NCBI RefSeq assembly: GCF_001194135.2
Contig: NC_068983.1
Location: forward strand, 69,851,015 to 69,915,014
Length of the DNA: 64,000 bases
Reading direction: 5' to 3'
Source: Octopus bimaculoides
Lineage: Eukaryota
The translations under genes were made by a program, and so were the position numbers. Positions 23,362 through 36,424 of this stretch are shown here, one piece after another (position 1 is the first letter of the stretch; each line of letters opens with the position of its first letter). The notes under the pieces are model-generated. The model searched no databases, was not told the origin of the DNA, and was given only the letters and a program-made list of their open reading frames with translations.

Positions 23362-24267
23362 ATCATCATCATCATCATCATCATTTAACGTCCGCTTTCC
23401 ATGCTAGCATGGGTTGGACGATTTGACTGACGACTGGTGAAACCGGATGGCAACACCAGGCTCCAGTCTGATTTGGCAGAGTTTCTACAGCTGGATGCCC
23501 TTCCTAACGCCAACCACTCAGAGAGTGTAGTGGGTGCTTTTACGTGTCACCCGCACGAAAACGGCCACGCTCGAAATGGTGTCTTTTATGNNNNNNNNNN
23601 NNNNNNNNNNNNNNNNNNNNNNNNNNNNNNNNNNNNNNNNNNNNNNNNNNNNNNNNNNNNNNNNNNNNNNNNNNNNNNNNNNNNNNNNNNNNNNNNNNNN
23701 NNNNNNNNNNNNNNNNNNNNNNNNNNNNNNNNNNNNNNNNNNNNNNNNNNNNNNNNNNNNNNNNNNNNNNNNNNNNNNNNNNNNNNNNNNNNNNNNNNNN
23801 NNNNNNNNNNNNNNNNNNNNNNNNNNNNNNNNNNNNNNNNNNNNNNNNNNNNNNNNNNNNNNNNNNNNNNNNNNNNNNNNNNNNNNNNNNNNNNNNNNNN
23901 NNNNNNNNNNNNNNNNNNNNNNNNNNNNNNNNNNNNNNNNNNNNNNNNNNNGGGTCTTCTCACGCACAGCACATTTCCAAAGGTCTCGGTCAGTAGTCAT
24001 CGCCTCGGTGAGGCCCAATGTACAAAGGTCTTGCCTCACCACCTCAGCCCAGGTCTTCCTGGGCCTACCTCTTCCACGGGTTCCCTCAACTGTTAGGGTG
24101 TGGCACTTTTTCACGCAGCTATCCTCCTCCATTCTCACCACATGTCCATACCAGCGCAATCGTCTCTCTTGCACGCCACAACTGATGCTTCCAATGTTCA
24201 GTTTTTCTCTCAAGATACTTACACTCTGACGGGTATTCACATTGACATTACACATCCAACGGAGCAT
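23362..24267 (-). mobile_element. 5'-truncated RTE-clade LINE (ORF end, 3' UTR, (GAT)n tail) spanning an assembly gap
   Basis: MLRWMCNV...RRLRWYGHVVRMEEDSCVKKCHTLTVEGTRGRGRPRKTW...DRDLWK is the RTE C-terminal motif. Confidence 0.9.
23591..23951. other. Assembly gap (N)
   Basis: Run of N. Confidence 1.
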
Positions 24268-24517
24268 GACGATGACATTATGTTACCAATCTCCAGGGGA
24301 ATGACAGGCAGATTTGATCTAACAAGAATTTGGAATCAAGACAGATGCATTAAAAAATGAATCTAAGATGAGAAAGAAATTTCTTATAGAAGAGGTATAG
24401 TTAGTTGATCCAAAGAAATACTCAATATGTGGATGGGAGGCAGTTATTTTGTTGACTGGAGTAAAATGGAAAAGTAGAGGACAAAGAGTAAAAAGAAGAT
24501 AATGATGATGGAAGATA

Positions 24518-24548
<31 letters not shown>

Positions 24549-24844
24549 CACATGAAGAGAGAAAAAAGAAAGAAAGACAGAAGCTATGAAAGAATAAAGA
24601 GTAGAATGGTAAAAGGAAGGAAAAGAGGAAGGGAGTGGTGAAAGAAGAACAGAAAGAATAAAGAGGGGTGTCGAGAGAAAGGAAGAAGAAGAAGAAGAAC
24701 AACAACAACAACTGCTCTTATATAGCCAATCATGTCTGAAAGCAGACCAAAACATTGGCACTGATTTCTCAGACTTCTTGTGGGATGATAGTTAGGTTGG
24801 CTTTTATTTGGACTTTATATTAGAACTATATGAGAACTGTTAGA

Positions 24845-24933
24845 GAAAGAGAGAGAGAGAGAATGAGTGAGAGAGAAAGAGAATCATGTCATGGTTACTA
24901 AGTAATGGATATATGTGTGTGTGTGTGTATGTA

Positions 24934-24997
<64 letters not shown>

Positions 24998-25141
24998 TAC
25001 ACACATATGTATATACATATACACACTTGATTTCTATGAGGCATATATTTGCATGTATTTATCTCCAGTGCTCTCTTTTTCTCCTTATCTCCTCTATCTC
25101 CGACTGTCAGTCTGTCTCTGTATATTGTTCATATATATATG

Positions 25142-25186
<45 letters not shown>

Positions 25187-25200
25187 TATGCACACATACA
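24845..25200. repeat. Compound (GA)/(GT)/(TA)/(CA) microsatellites
   Basis: Direct reading. Confidence 0.9.
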
Positions 25201-25960
25201 TCAGCTTGCTCTCTGATTAACAAAAAATCCAATGATAGAATTTCTTTGGTTTTTGTATTTTTGTTTGTAAAATGAGGTGATGGATAAGCATGACTTCACA
25301 GCTAATGTTAGAGCTTATGTCACACATGGTGGGTGGACAGTGTCAGAGACAAGATATATTGATTCCAGACACGTTTGTAACAAGTCATATTATGTCTACT
25401 TGTAACACAGCCCATTCATTTGGATATATTATATTCTTCTATTCTAAGAATAAATAGTTAAATAAATAAATATATAGTTAAATAAATAAATAAATAAACA
25501 CAAAAATTCATGGAATGAAATTTAAAAAATGGAAAATAAAGATACAATGTAAATATGTAAAATTATAATATGATATCACTTCTGTCATAGATGTGACATG
25601 TCTAATTTTATTTTCAGATTGAGAAGTCTTCTGATGTCAAACTAGCAACCTAGTAAAGAAAACTGAATTTGTCTGTAATATCTACAGTGTTGCCTCATAA
25701 TATTTATTAATCATAGAAAATTAAAGGATTAAAAAATATATATAAAAATGGCAAAAAAAAAAAAAAGAAAGAGAAATGGTAATTCTTTCTAATTTTGGCA
25801 TAAGCCCAGTAATTTTGAGTGGAAGTGTGGTAAGTTGATTACATTGGAATTTTATCAATTCCAGAAGGATGTAGGGCAAAAACTAACTTTTACAAATTTT
25901 GAACTCAGAATGTAGTGAGTCAGAAGAAATACTGCAAAGAATTTTTCTCCAATTCTTGGA

Positions 25961-26180
25961 CCCTTTAGCATACAGAATATTCTGTCAAATGTAATGCTTA
26001 TTCATTCACATTGTTTTGAATTAATCATGCATTATCTCGTAGCTTTGAGATTTCAATGGTGTGATTCTTTACTTTTAGAATGACATTGTAGGATAGGTGT
26101 GAGAGATCAGATCTGGTTGGTTTTAACATAAAGCAAGGAGAATATTTGGCCTGGATGTGGCCAGCTTAAATGCTAAAGGG
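25961..26180. mobile_element. piggyBac-like MITE
   Basis: TIRs CCCTTTAGCAT...ATGCTAAAGGG, TTAA on the right; homologous to 61150-61369. Confidence 0.8.
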
Positions 26181-26316
26181 TTAATTGCACTGAGGTTGAC
26201 TTTGCCTTTCATCCTTTCAGGCTTGATCAAATAAGTACCAGTTACACACTGGGATTGATGTAATCGACTAGCCCCTTTCCCTCCAAATTTCAGGTCTGGT
26301 GCCTATTGTAGAAAAG

Positions 26317-26378
<62 letters not shown>

Positions 26379-26385
26379 CATTATT

Positions 26386-26900
26386 GAGTGAGAAAACAGT
26401 GCATGCCATCAAAGTAACACTAGAGTATATGAAGTTCATCATGACTACCCATCTGATAAGGGTATACCAGACACATGCATCACAACCATATATGCACAAC
26501 ATAGTGATCTTGTGTCAAGATAAACAGTGAAGGTGGGGCCCAATTAGAATTTTCATCAGGTCAAGTAGCCCATCCCTCTCAAAAAGTCCCTGGATAAGGG
26601 TTATTTAAGGATGTTGAATGAAACACCTATGTTTCCAGAGGTGAATTATCCAAACCCCAAAGAATTCCATGATGCTCCCCCACTACTTCTGCTCGTGATC
26701 AGAGATGCACATATTGCCAGCCACTAAGAACATACTCAACTGGTTAAAGTCAAGCAACTGACAAGCAAATCTGTGGTATTAAGCAGAATATTTGCTGTAG
26801 CCCATCATTTTATACCAAGACAAAACAATGTACATGATAATACTTCCAATCAATTAAGATCAGAAGCCATGGGAGCAAGTACCTGGTACTCCATTAGGGC
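26386..26900. mobile_element. ~520-bp interspersed element without a tRNA head, flanked on both sides by (ATT)n
   Basis: Homologous to 37095-37638 (near full length) and 36572-36836 (half copy). Confidence 0.85.
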
Positions 26901-26974
<74 letters not shown>

Positions 26975-27761
26975 NNNNNNNNNNNNNNNNNNNNNNNNNN
27001 NNNNNNNNNNNNNNNNNNNNNNNNNNNNNNNNNNNNNNNNNNNNNNNNNNNNNNNNNNNNNNNNNNNNNNNNNNNNNNNNNNNNNNNNNNNNNNNNNNNN
27101 NNNNNNNNNNNNNNNNNNNNNNNNNNNNNNNNNNNNNNNNNNNNNNNNNNNNNNNNNNNNNNNNNNNNNNNNNNNNNNNNNNNNNNNNNNNNNNNNNNNN
27201 NNNNNNNNNNNNNNNNNNNNNNNNNNNNNNNNNNNNNNNNNNNNNNNNNNNNNNNNNNNNNNNNNNNNNNNNNNNNNNNNNNNNNNNNNNNNNNNNNNNN
27301 NNNNNNNNNNNNNNNNNNNNNNNNNNNNNNNNNNNNNNNNNNNNNNNNNNNNNNNNNNNNNNNNNNNNNNNNNNNNNNNNNNNNNNNNNNNNNNNNNNNN
27401 NNNNNNNNNNNNNNNNNNNNNNNNNNNNNNNNNNNNNNNNNNNNNNNNNNNNNNNNNNNNNNNNNNNNNNNNNNNNNNNNNNNNNNNNNNNNNNNNNNNN
27501 NNNNNNNNNNNNNNNNNNNNNNNNNNNNNNNNNNNNNNNNNNNNNNNNNNNNNNNNNNNNNNNNNNNNNNNNNNNNNNNNNNNNNNNNNNNNNNNNNNNN
27601 NNNNNNNNNNNNNNNNNNNNNNNNNNNNNNNNNNNNNNNNNNNNNNNNNNNNNNNNNNNNNNNNNNNNNNNNNNNNNNNNNNNNNNNNNNNNNNNNNNNN
27701 NNNNNNNNNNNNNNNNNNNNNNNNNNNNNNNNNNNNNNNNNNNNNNNNNNNNNNNNNNNNN
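26975..27761. other. Assembly gap (N)
   Basis: Run of N. Confidence 1.
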
Positions 27762-28055
27762 ATCGAGCGAAAACACCTAAAGCTCCACAAGGCTCTGGCA
27801 GGGGATGGTGGCGAACCCTGCTGTACTCTTCCACCACAACTTTCTTTCACTCTTACTTCCTGTTTCTGTTGTGCCTGTAATTCAAAAGGTCAGCCTTGTC
27901 ACACTCTGTGTGACGCTGAATATCCCCGAGAACTACGTTAAGGGTACACGTGTCTGTGGAGTGCTCAGCCACTTGCACGTTAATTTCATGAGCAGGCTGT
28001 TCCGTTGATCGGATCAACTGGAACCCTCGACATTGTAAGCGACGGAGTGCCAACA
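27762..28055 (+). mobile_element. Family C SINE, 5' end lost in the gap
   Basis: Reverse complement of the 22545, 28590 and 33573 copies. Confidence 0.9.
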
Positions 28056-28589
28056 TTGTTGTTTAGTTCCAAGTCAGCTCTGATTGAGCAGATCTATGTG
28101 TAAAAGTATTCCAGCTATAAACATCATGTCTTGTTCCTTTCTGCAGGACATAGCAAACCACATTATCCAATGTCTACATTTCAATGTGTACAAGATGGCA
28201 GTGTGTGATTTGAGGGAAATATAGATGTTATTTCTAGTCAGTCAAACAACCACTTACAGACCCCTTCATTGAATTGTGATAAGAAGTTGGCTGGCTGAAA
28301 TAACAAGGCATCATATTAGGCACATATATTTCTTAGTTTTAGTTCAAGGAGATGAGCTGAGAGAATTGTTAGTGCGTTGGACAAAACACTCAGCAGTATT
28401 TCTTCTGACTCCTTACATTCTGAGCTCAAATCCCATTAAAGTCAATTTTGCTTTCCATCCTCTTGGAATCAAGAGAATGCAAAGCAAAGCTAGAAAGAAT
28501 ATTTCTTAGTTTTGGTGAAAAGAGAAGAAGGAATAAAATAAGGAAAGGAATTAAGAGGAAAATAACCTGAAGTTTCCTTCCTCCTCTTT

Positions 28590-28980
28590 TGTTGTTGTTG
28601 TTGGCACTCCGTCGCTTACGACGTCGAGGGTTCCAGTTGATCCGATCAACGGAACAGCCTGCTTGTGAAATTAACGTGCAAGTGGCTGAGCACTCCACAG
28701 ACACGTGTACCCTTAACATAGTTCTCGGGGATATTCAGCGTGACACAGTGTGTCAAGGCTGACCCTTTGAATTACAGGCACAACAGAAACAGGAAGTAAG
28801 AGTGAGAGAAAGTTGTGGTGGAAGAGTACAGCAGGGTTCGCCACCATCCCCTGCCAGAGCTCCGTGGAGCTTTAGGTGTTTTCGCTCAATAAACACTCAT
28901 AACGCCCAGTCTGGGAATCGAAACTGCGATCCTATGACCGTGAATCCGCTGCCCTAACCACCGGGCCATTGCGCCTCCAC
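28590..28980 (-). mobile_element. Family C SINE, full length, (AAC)n tail
   Basis: 12-bp TSD TTCCTCCTCTTT (28578-28589, 28981-28992). Confidence 0.92.
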
Positions 28981-29431
28981 TTCCTCCTCTTTAGGCAGGG
29001 AATAAACAAAGTCATTAATGAACTGGATAAATACCATGCAGTATTTGCAGCTTGTTGCACCCTGATTTAAAATATCACAGAAGTCAGCTTTGTCTTTCAT
29101 CTTTTGGGTGTGATTAAATAAAGAACCAACTCTTTGTAATGGATTGGTGGAGTTGTGTGAGCTTCATGTGAGATGTCATATGGTGTTTATTCTGGCTTTC
29201 AGTGTTCCTCTGTTTTGAATGGTAGACTTTATCAATCATTCTGTTTGACATCATCATCTAACACCTTGGATGTCCTTTAGTAAAGTTCACTCTATTGCAA
29301 GAATTCAAACCAGCTCTCTAATTTTAGGATATTCTCATCCTTCAATCCCTCCACTCTTGGAGGTCCTGAAAACATTTTTAAAGGATCACGGAAGTTATAA
29401 TTCTCTCCTTCACTATGCAATTGAAAAGAAG

Positions 29432-29710
29432 ACTAAGTGCAGGTATGACTCTGTGGTTGAGAAATTCACTTCCCAACCACTTGGTTTCAGGTTCAGTCCT
29501 ACTGCTTGGCATCTTGGACAAAATGTCTTCTAATATAGTCTCAGGATAATCAAAACTTTTTGAGTGAATTTGGTTGACAGACACTTTTAAAGAAGTCTAT
29601 TGTATGTGTGTGTGTGTGCGTGTGTGTGTGTGTGCATGCATGTTTGTAGCTCCTTGTCCTGACATCAGAGAACGGTTATAAATAAGTGTCACTACCATAC
29701 AAGTGCTGTC
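29432..29710 (+). mobile_element. Family B SINE, decayed
   Basis: ttcccaaccacttggtttcaggttcagtcctactgc... head with internal (GT)n. Confidence 0.7.
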
Positions 29711-29860
29711 TCCAGTCTTCTTTGAAAATATGTCCAATCATGGGGAATTATTGTCTTGTTTGGGAAAGCTGTATGCCCTTCCTGTTGCCAGCAGGAAAAT
29801 TTACCTCAACAAATTCTGTCTGATCCATGCAAGCATAGAAAATGGAAATCAAAATAATGT

Positions 29861-29897
<37 letters not shown>

Positions 29898-30968
29898 GAT
29901 GATGATGTCAACGTGGCTTTGATATTCAGCTTCAAGTTATGTGGACTGATGTAAATAAGATAATGTAGGAATATAGGCGGGAAGTGTTTCAAGTGGTTAC
30001 AATTCATAGAGAGAAAGGTTGAAAGAAAGTAATTAATTCAGAGCATTATTAGGGAGTTATTGGTATAATGCATGGATTAGTGTACTGGTGCCAGATTTAG
30101 ATTTGATGAATTCAAACCAGATCTCTAATTTCAGGATATCCTCATCCTTCAATGCTTGAAGGCCTTGTGTTGAAACATAAAAATCAGAAAGTCTCACAAA
30201 AAAAGGAATTACTTTTGTCGTTGTCGTCGTTGTCACCTTTGTTATCGTAGTCAGCATCATCATCATCATCATTATCATCGTTGTCGTCATCATCATCATC
30301 ATAATCATCATCATCATCATCATCGTCGTCATCATCATCACCATTTTAACATCCACTTGAAACATAAAACCAGAAAGTTTCACAAAAACAGGAATTACCC
30401 TCTTCATTGTCGTCATTGTCAGACTTTCTCTTAGTCATAAATCCTTTTAAATAATAGTTTCTAATATCTCTGACTTGTACACTTTAGAACTCACTACCAT
30501 CATCTTGTTTTCCTCTGCTCTATGATATTCATTTGACAACTTCTGAATTTGCAGTCTCCTTCTTTTCCTTCTTTGTAGTCCCTTACACTAGTGTGGCCTC
30601 AAGTTTTGTTTGACAGAAAATCCCATATAAAAAAAAACACCCCAAAAAGTTTTCCATGAAGTGTCCCAAAATATAATAGACTTTAGAAAAAATTCATCTG
30701 AACCTTCTTTTCTCTGTATCTCCTTCATTTAAACTTACCAATGACATATTTCTTTTTACATCACAACATGTATGCTTTTCTGTTTTTTCGCTCACTTAGT
30801 TTCAATTCTAAACAATTTTCTAATCTACAGTTCTTAAAATTTGTTCTGTTTGTATCACCTCTCTACAGATATTCAAATTTAACCCTTTTCTTTCAGCCAT
30901 TTTTTTCCTGTGTTGATGGTCTGGATGTTTGTTGGAGCAAATAATTTTAGAACCTGCTTTATTTTATA

Positions 30969-32202
30969 GGGTTGGCCTAAAAGTCCAGTTGGTTTTTGTC
31001 AACACTAAACTTTAAGCTGTTTAATAAGTAACTAACTTTAGTCTGTCGCTTGCACATATGCACTTGTTGAATACTTGACAATATAGTTCAATGGGAACTT
31101 GCAATAAGACAGGTTGTACTTGTGCCCTTGGGTTCACCTTGAAAATGGAGAACCAAAATTAATATTATCAACACCTCATGCTTTTTTTTATTTTAAAAAA
31201 GACAAGAAAGCAGTGGAAAGCTGGTGGAAGATATATGCTGTGTACAGAGAGAATGCTATTATGGAAGGTTGTACTAGGAGTGGTTTCCATTATTTTGATT
31301 GAGAAATTTTTTGGTTTAAGATGCACCTCAATCTGATTGGCCAACTGAGATCAACAATGACAAAATGAAGGAGTTAATCAACATTAATCCCCATTATACA
31401 ACCAGGATGATAGCAGATATTCTCCAAATATACAAATGGAAAGTTGAAAACCATCTGCATCAACATGATTATGTTAGTAGGCTCAGTGTTTGGGTCCCAC
31501 ATCAATTGAATGAGGTTAATCTCACCCTATGATTTTAATCAATGACTTGTTGCAGAAATGGGAAGAAAATAATCCATTTTTTAAAAGAGTATGGTGGCTG
31601 GAGGCAAAAAAATGTGAAGCACAGTGAATATGGGGGAAATGTGGTGAACTACCACAAACAACCTCCAAAGTAGGACTTCACTCTGAAAAGATTATGCTTT
31701 CAATTTGGTTGGATTGGAAGGGTTTTGTGTTTTATGAGCTTCTTTTTGGGACAGGACCATCAATTTGGATGAGTACTGTAACCAGATAGACATATTAAAT
31801 GCAGCGATCCCCCAGAAGTGCCCAGCACTTGCTAATCATAAGGGCAACAATGTCAGGCTGCACACTCCTTTGCAGTTGTAGAAGCTATTGGGGCTTGGCT
31901 GGGAAGATTTGCTTCACCTGACCTTGCACCTTCAGATTCTCACCTATTTTGATTTCTTCAAAGTTCATTGAATGGACTGACATTCAACTCTGAAGAGGAT
32001 GTAAAAATTCACCTAAAAGAGTTTTTCACCAGTAAAGATAGGAAATTCTCTGAGTAGGTAATAAAAGATCTACCCACAGATGACAGAAGAAACTGAAACA
32101 AAACAGGAATTGTATCATTGATTGAATAAATTGCTTTGCGTTTAAAATGTGTTTCTTATTTTCACTTTAAAAAATATATACAAACTTCTTTTTGGCCAAC
32201 CC
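30969..32202 (+). mobile_element. Near-full-length mariner (DD34D) element with pseudogenised transposase
   Basis: TIRs GGGTTGGCCTAAAAG / TTTTTGGCCAACCC. Fragments FFYFKKDKKAVESWWKIYAVY, WVPHQLNE, KIMLSIWLDWKGFVFYELL and LAPSDSHLF; many stops and frameshifts. Confidence 0.9.
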
Positions 32203-33572
32203 ATGCAGCGCCAGGTGCATTGCTCAGGAGCACAATACAATGTCTTTGGTAGGACCTGAAGATTTGAGCTCAGGTTTGTAACCAAGCATCTTATTTTTGC
32301 AGCCATCCATCTTAGTTTAAATGAAGTATCTCATGTTTCCACTAGATTGTTAAACATTAAAAAAACATATGATAATAATACAGCGAATACTACTTCAGCA
32401 AACTGATGATTCAGTGAACCAAAATAGCTTGGTGTTTTATCCTACTGCCCTACAATTTAAAAATATATCAATATCTTCTCCTCCAGTTAACACACAGAGC
32501 AACAAACACACTAAATTCAGCTGACCAACTTTGACCGGCCTTATGTTCAAGCTTTTGAAATGTTCTGTTTGCTAAGACTCACTGATACTAATCAACTATG
32601 AAGCCAATTTGAAAAGTAAATATTATTTTCTAAATCTAATACACTAATTCCAATAGAGCATGGAAGATTATTGATTGATCTACATTAAGCTGATGGTCTG
32701 TTACTTAGCAAATATACTTTATCTATGTAAGTACATTATGAAGAGTATGTGTGGTGTGTGTATGGGAGGGTACTTTAGAATTGTATGCATTGCTATGATT
32801 AGTGTTTTAATACTAAATTGATGGAAGTATCATATTCCTTGTGTTATGTTCAAATCATTTTTGCGATGCTAACTTAGAAACTGGAGTAAAGTATATATCC
32901 AGCAGTTATAAAATCATGTTACTGGGTTATGTACATAAATTAACAGGTGATTAAGTAAAAGTAGATTTCACTCCAAGAGCACAACATAATTCAAGAACTT
33001 TTTTTTTACTGTTGCTGATAAAGTAGCAACAAACATTTTTCCTTCAACAAGCTACTCATGTTGCTTCCAGTTAAGCATACTCTGATTCAGATGATACAAA
33101 CCTTCATTCTGATAACTTTCACATACCATCACCATCCACATGAAGCTTTGATATCTCATGTTTGACATACTGTTTCAATAAACCAGGACTTTTGAAAATA
33201 TCTTCCAATGAGGGTATGATATCCTGTTTCCTTCAATACTATCAAAACACTGATATCAAACCTGGCAAGAAAGCACTTATACTATTATATCTCTTTTACA
33301 CATTAGTATGTCACATCTAAAACTTTTAACAAACTTTTTGAAAATACTAGATTACACAATCTCTGGTGATCTCTTGATGTTGCCACATAAAAAGAAACAA
33401 GAGAAAGAGCAGTACCTAAGAATCTTTTCTCTGAGGTAAGTGAGAACAGTAGCCAAATGGGGGAACAGAAACATCTTGATATCCTCTAACTGGATACTTG
33501 ATGTGAGTGTTGCAACAGAGTAGACTCCACTACAAGCTCTCAGGACAGAGTGGTAGTATTAAACCAAGTAAT

Positions 33573-33975
33573 TGTTGTTGTTGCTGTTGTTGTTGTTGGC
33601 ATTCCGTTGCTTATGATGTCGAGGGTTCCAGTTGATCCGATCAATGGAACAGCCTGCTTGTGAAATTAATGTGCAAGTGGCTGAGCACTCCACAGACACG
33701 TGTACCCTTAACGTAGTTCTCGGGGATATTCAGCGTGACACAGTGTGACAAGGCCGACCCTTTGAATTACAGGCACAACAGAAACAGAAAGTAAGAGTGA
33801 GAGAAAGTTGTGGTGAAAGAGTACAGCAGGGTTTGCCACCATCCCCTGCAAGAGCCTCGTGGAGCTTCAGGTGTTTTCGCTCAATAAACACTCACAACGC
33901 CCGGTCTGGGAATCGAAACCGCGATCCTATGACCACGAGTCCACTGCACTAACCACTGGGCCATTGTGCCTCCAC
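33573..33975 (-). mobile_element. Family C SINE, full length, (AAC)n tail
   Basis: 12-bp TSD AAACCAAGTAAT (33561-33572, 33976-33987). Confidence 0.92.
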
Positions 33976-34439
33976 AAACCAAGTAATAGATTATGCACTA
34001 TCTCCCAAGAACAACTATAGTCCATCCTTCAGGCTTCTACACAGTTTCTATTTACTCAAATTTATTTACAAGGCTTGAATTTCAAGTTAGGATAAAAAAC
34101 CCAACACCGATAAAACCCGTAATCATGAGATGACAAAGAAAACTTATCAACAGAATCACAGGCAGGTTATCAGAGAAAATAGATTTTGTACATGGCAGAT
34201 ACACAGCTGCTAAGTACAAGGGCCCAGGAACAGGGTATGCAGGTGGTGCACTCGCACCTCTAAAAATTTCTTATGAGTGCAAAATCAAAATTTACAACCA
34301 CTACATAATTTGCTTGGTTTAGAAAATAGTATCTTAAAATTAATCTGTAAAATGTTCTTGATGTTAGGTTTCATCTCAAAACAAGAACAAAGGACAAAAA
34401 TAAATAAATAAATAAATAAATAAAAAGTCCAAAATGTCA

Positions 34440-34720
34440 ACTGATGAAGCTGGTCATAAAATTCCCAAGGGAATTCTAGAAAGATATACAACTGAACTAA
34501 AGCAGCATCGAGGGTTGGCAACGAGTACAGTGAAGAATTCTGGGTAGGGTAGGGGTCCACCAAGGATCAGTTTACTAGGAGAGGTCCTTTGTGATAACGA
34601 GGTGTAATATTTGGTGCATGCACTGCTCATGTGTAAGAAGCATGTAGTGTGAGAGTCATTCCTTGATATGAGTAATGCTTGAGAGTTTTTAAGTGTTGAA
34701 AGAGGCAAGATTAGCAAAGA
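34440..34720 (+). mobile_element. RTE reverse-transcriptase relic
   Basis: RVGNEYSEEFWV-(frameshift)-GVHQGSV matches the RT G(V)xQG motif. Confidence 0.55.
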
Positions 34721-36196
34721 GATTGTGTTTAAAATCTTTGTTCAGGGGAAACCAAATTGGGTGAGGTGGGTGGGATGTCTAGGCTGAATAACCCTACTGG
34801 GGATACTTTTGAAATCTTCATTTATGGAATCAATTTGGTTTGTGTGTGTGTGTGTAAGTGTGCGTGCGTGCGTGCGTGCATGTGTGTTTGTGTGTGTGCA
34901 TGGGTGTGTGCATGTGTGTTATCTAGGCTGCATGTGGATGACTGGTGCTTGTGAAAGGGTTGAATCATCTACATGAGACTATGCATTGTTTGGGTATGAC
35001 ATGAATAATAAAATGATATTCCATGTCTTAATGTAATAAAATTATCTTTTGCTCATCCAGTCATTATTGATCCACTGCCAGATGTAGCCTCTGTGTACTG
35101 TTGTTGACTTATTTATGCTGGTTGTAGGCCTACTTCTACCTAGTGGTAAATTGTAGATTAGACACGTTACTCCTGTGATTAGGGGTTTAGTCTTAGCACT
35201 TTGTAATTAAGCAGGATTTGGACTCAGAATACAAAATGCTGAAACAGCTATTACAAGACAGCTCATTTTATACTCCAGGAATTCTACCAATCAACTATAT
35301 TGGATTGATGCTTTATTTATTGACCATGAAAGGATGGAAAGTAAAGGCAGATTTGATGACAATTGAACTCAGAGAATAGAGAGCCAGAATAGATATTGCT
35401 AGGTATTCTTTCTGAATTTGTAATGTGGTATTTTGAAATTGAAGTTTTCTGGAACTCGAAGGTTCCAAGAAAGATAGCTTTTCTTTTTTTGTTTAACTCT
35501 GTATTTGTAATTTAATTGCACACACAAGGAATATTCAAAACACTGGCATCTCCATGTAGTAAAGAGACCCTAGAGAGGTAAAAAATTACCTCTTTATAGG
35601 GAATTGTAGGGTAATTTGGTCTAAACAAGGTCTTGCTTTAGCTGAATTTTCTGAAATCCTCTTTGTGAGCTTTAACGGATTCAGTGTTGCCAAGGCTTTA
35701 AAAACCATTTTTAGGATTTGTTTAAAAAGAATTAATAAAGATATGCTATAATTTTCATGTCAGGAATGTATTTCAAGAGTTCTGCAAGAGCAAAATGGTT
35801 GGGATTCGTAATAATGATTCTGCAAGTTTGCCATCCATAATATAATGCAAAATGATATTCTGTATTTGATGTGATGAAATTATGCTCATTATCATAATGT
35901 AATAAGAAGATATTCTGTATTTTAATGTGATAAAATAATATTCTGTATTGAATTCTTTATTGGTATTATGCTCAGTATATCAGTAACATGCCTCTAATTT
36001 CATGTATTATATTCATTTTCTCCCTCCCAGTCATGATGGTACATTTGCATCCAGCTTACATTATCTACTCATATTGTATAGTTCTGCCAGTGTTGTAAGC
36101 TTGTTGGATTTTTATCAGTCAATGCTTCTCAAAGTCTAAAACAAAAATTTGATGTTTGTTTATAAAAAAATTTGTATTATTATCATTCAAAGGCCA

Positions 36197-36417
<221 letters not shown>

Positions 36418-36424
<7 letters not shown>

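Noticed and set aside
23437-27850. Long ORFs of 128-335 aa in the ORF track
   Set aside because: They consist mostly of X from assembly gaps plus microsatellite runs. Only the RTE C-terminus at 23952-24267 is real.
33000-33560. Possible CR1/L2-like RT relic
   Set aside because: Only vague motif resemblance (SDDTNL); too decayed to call.
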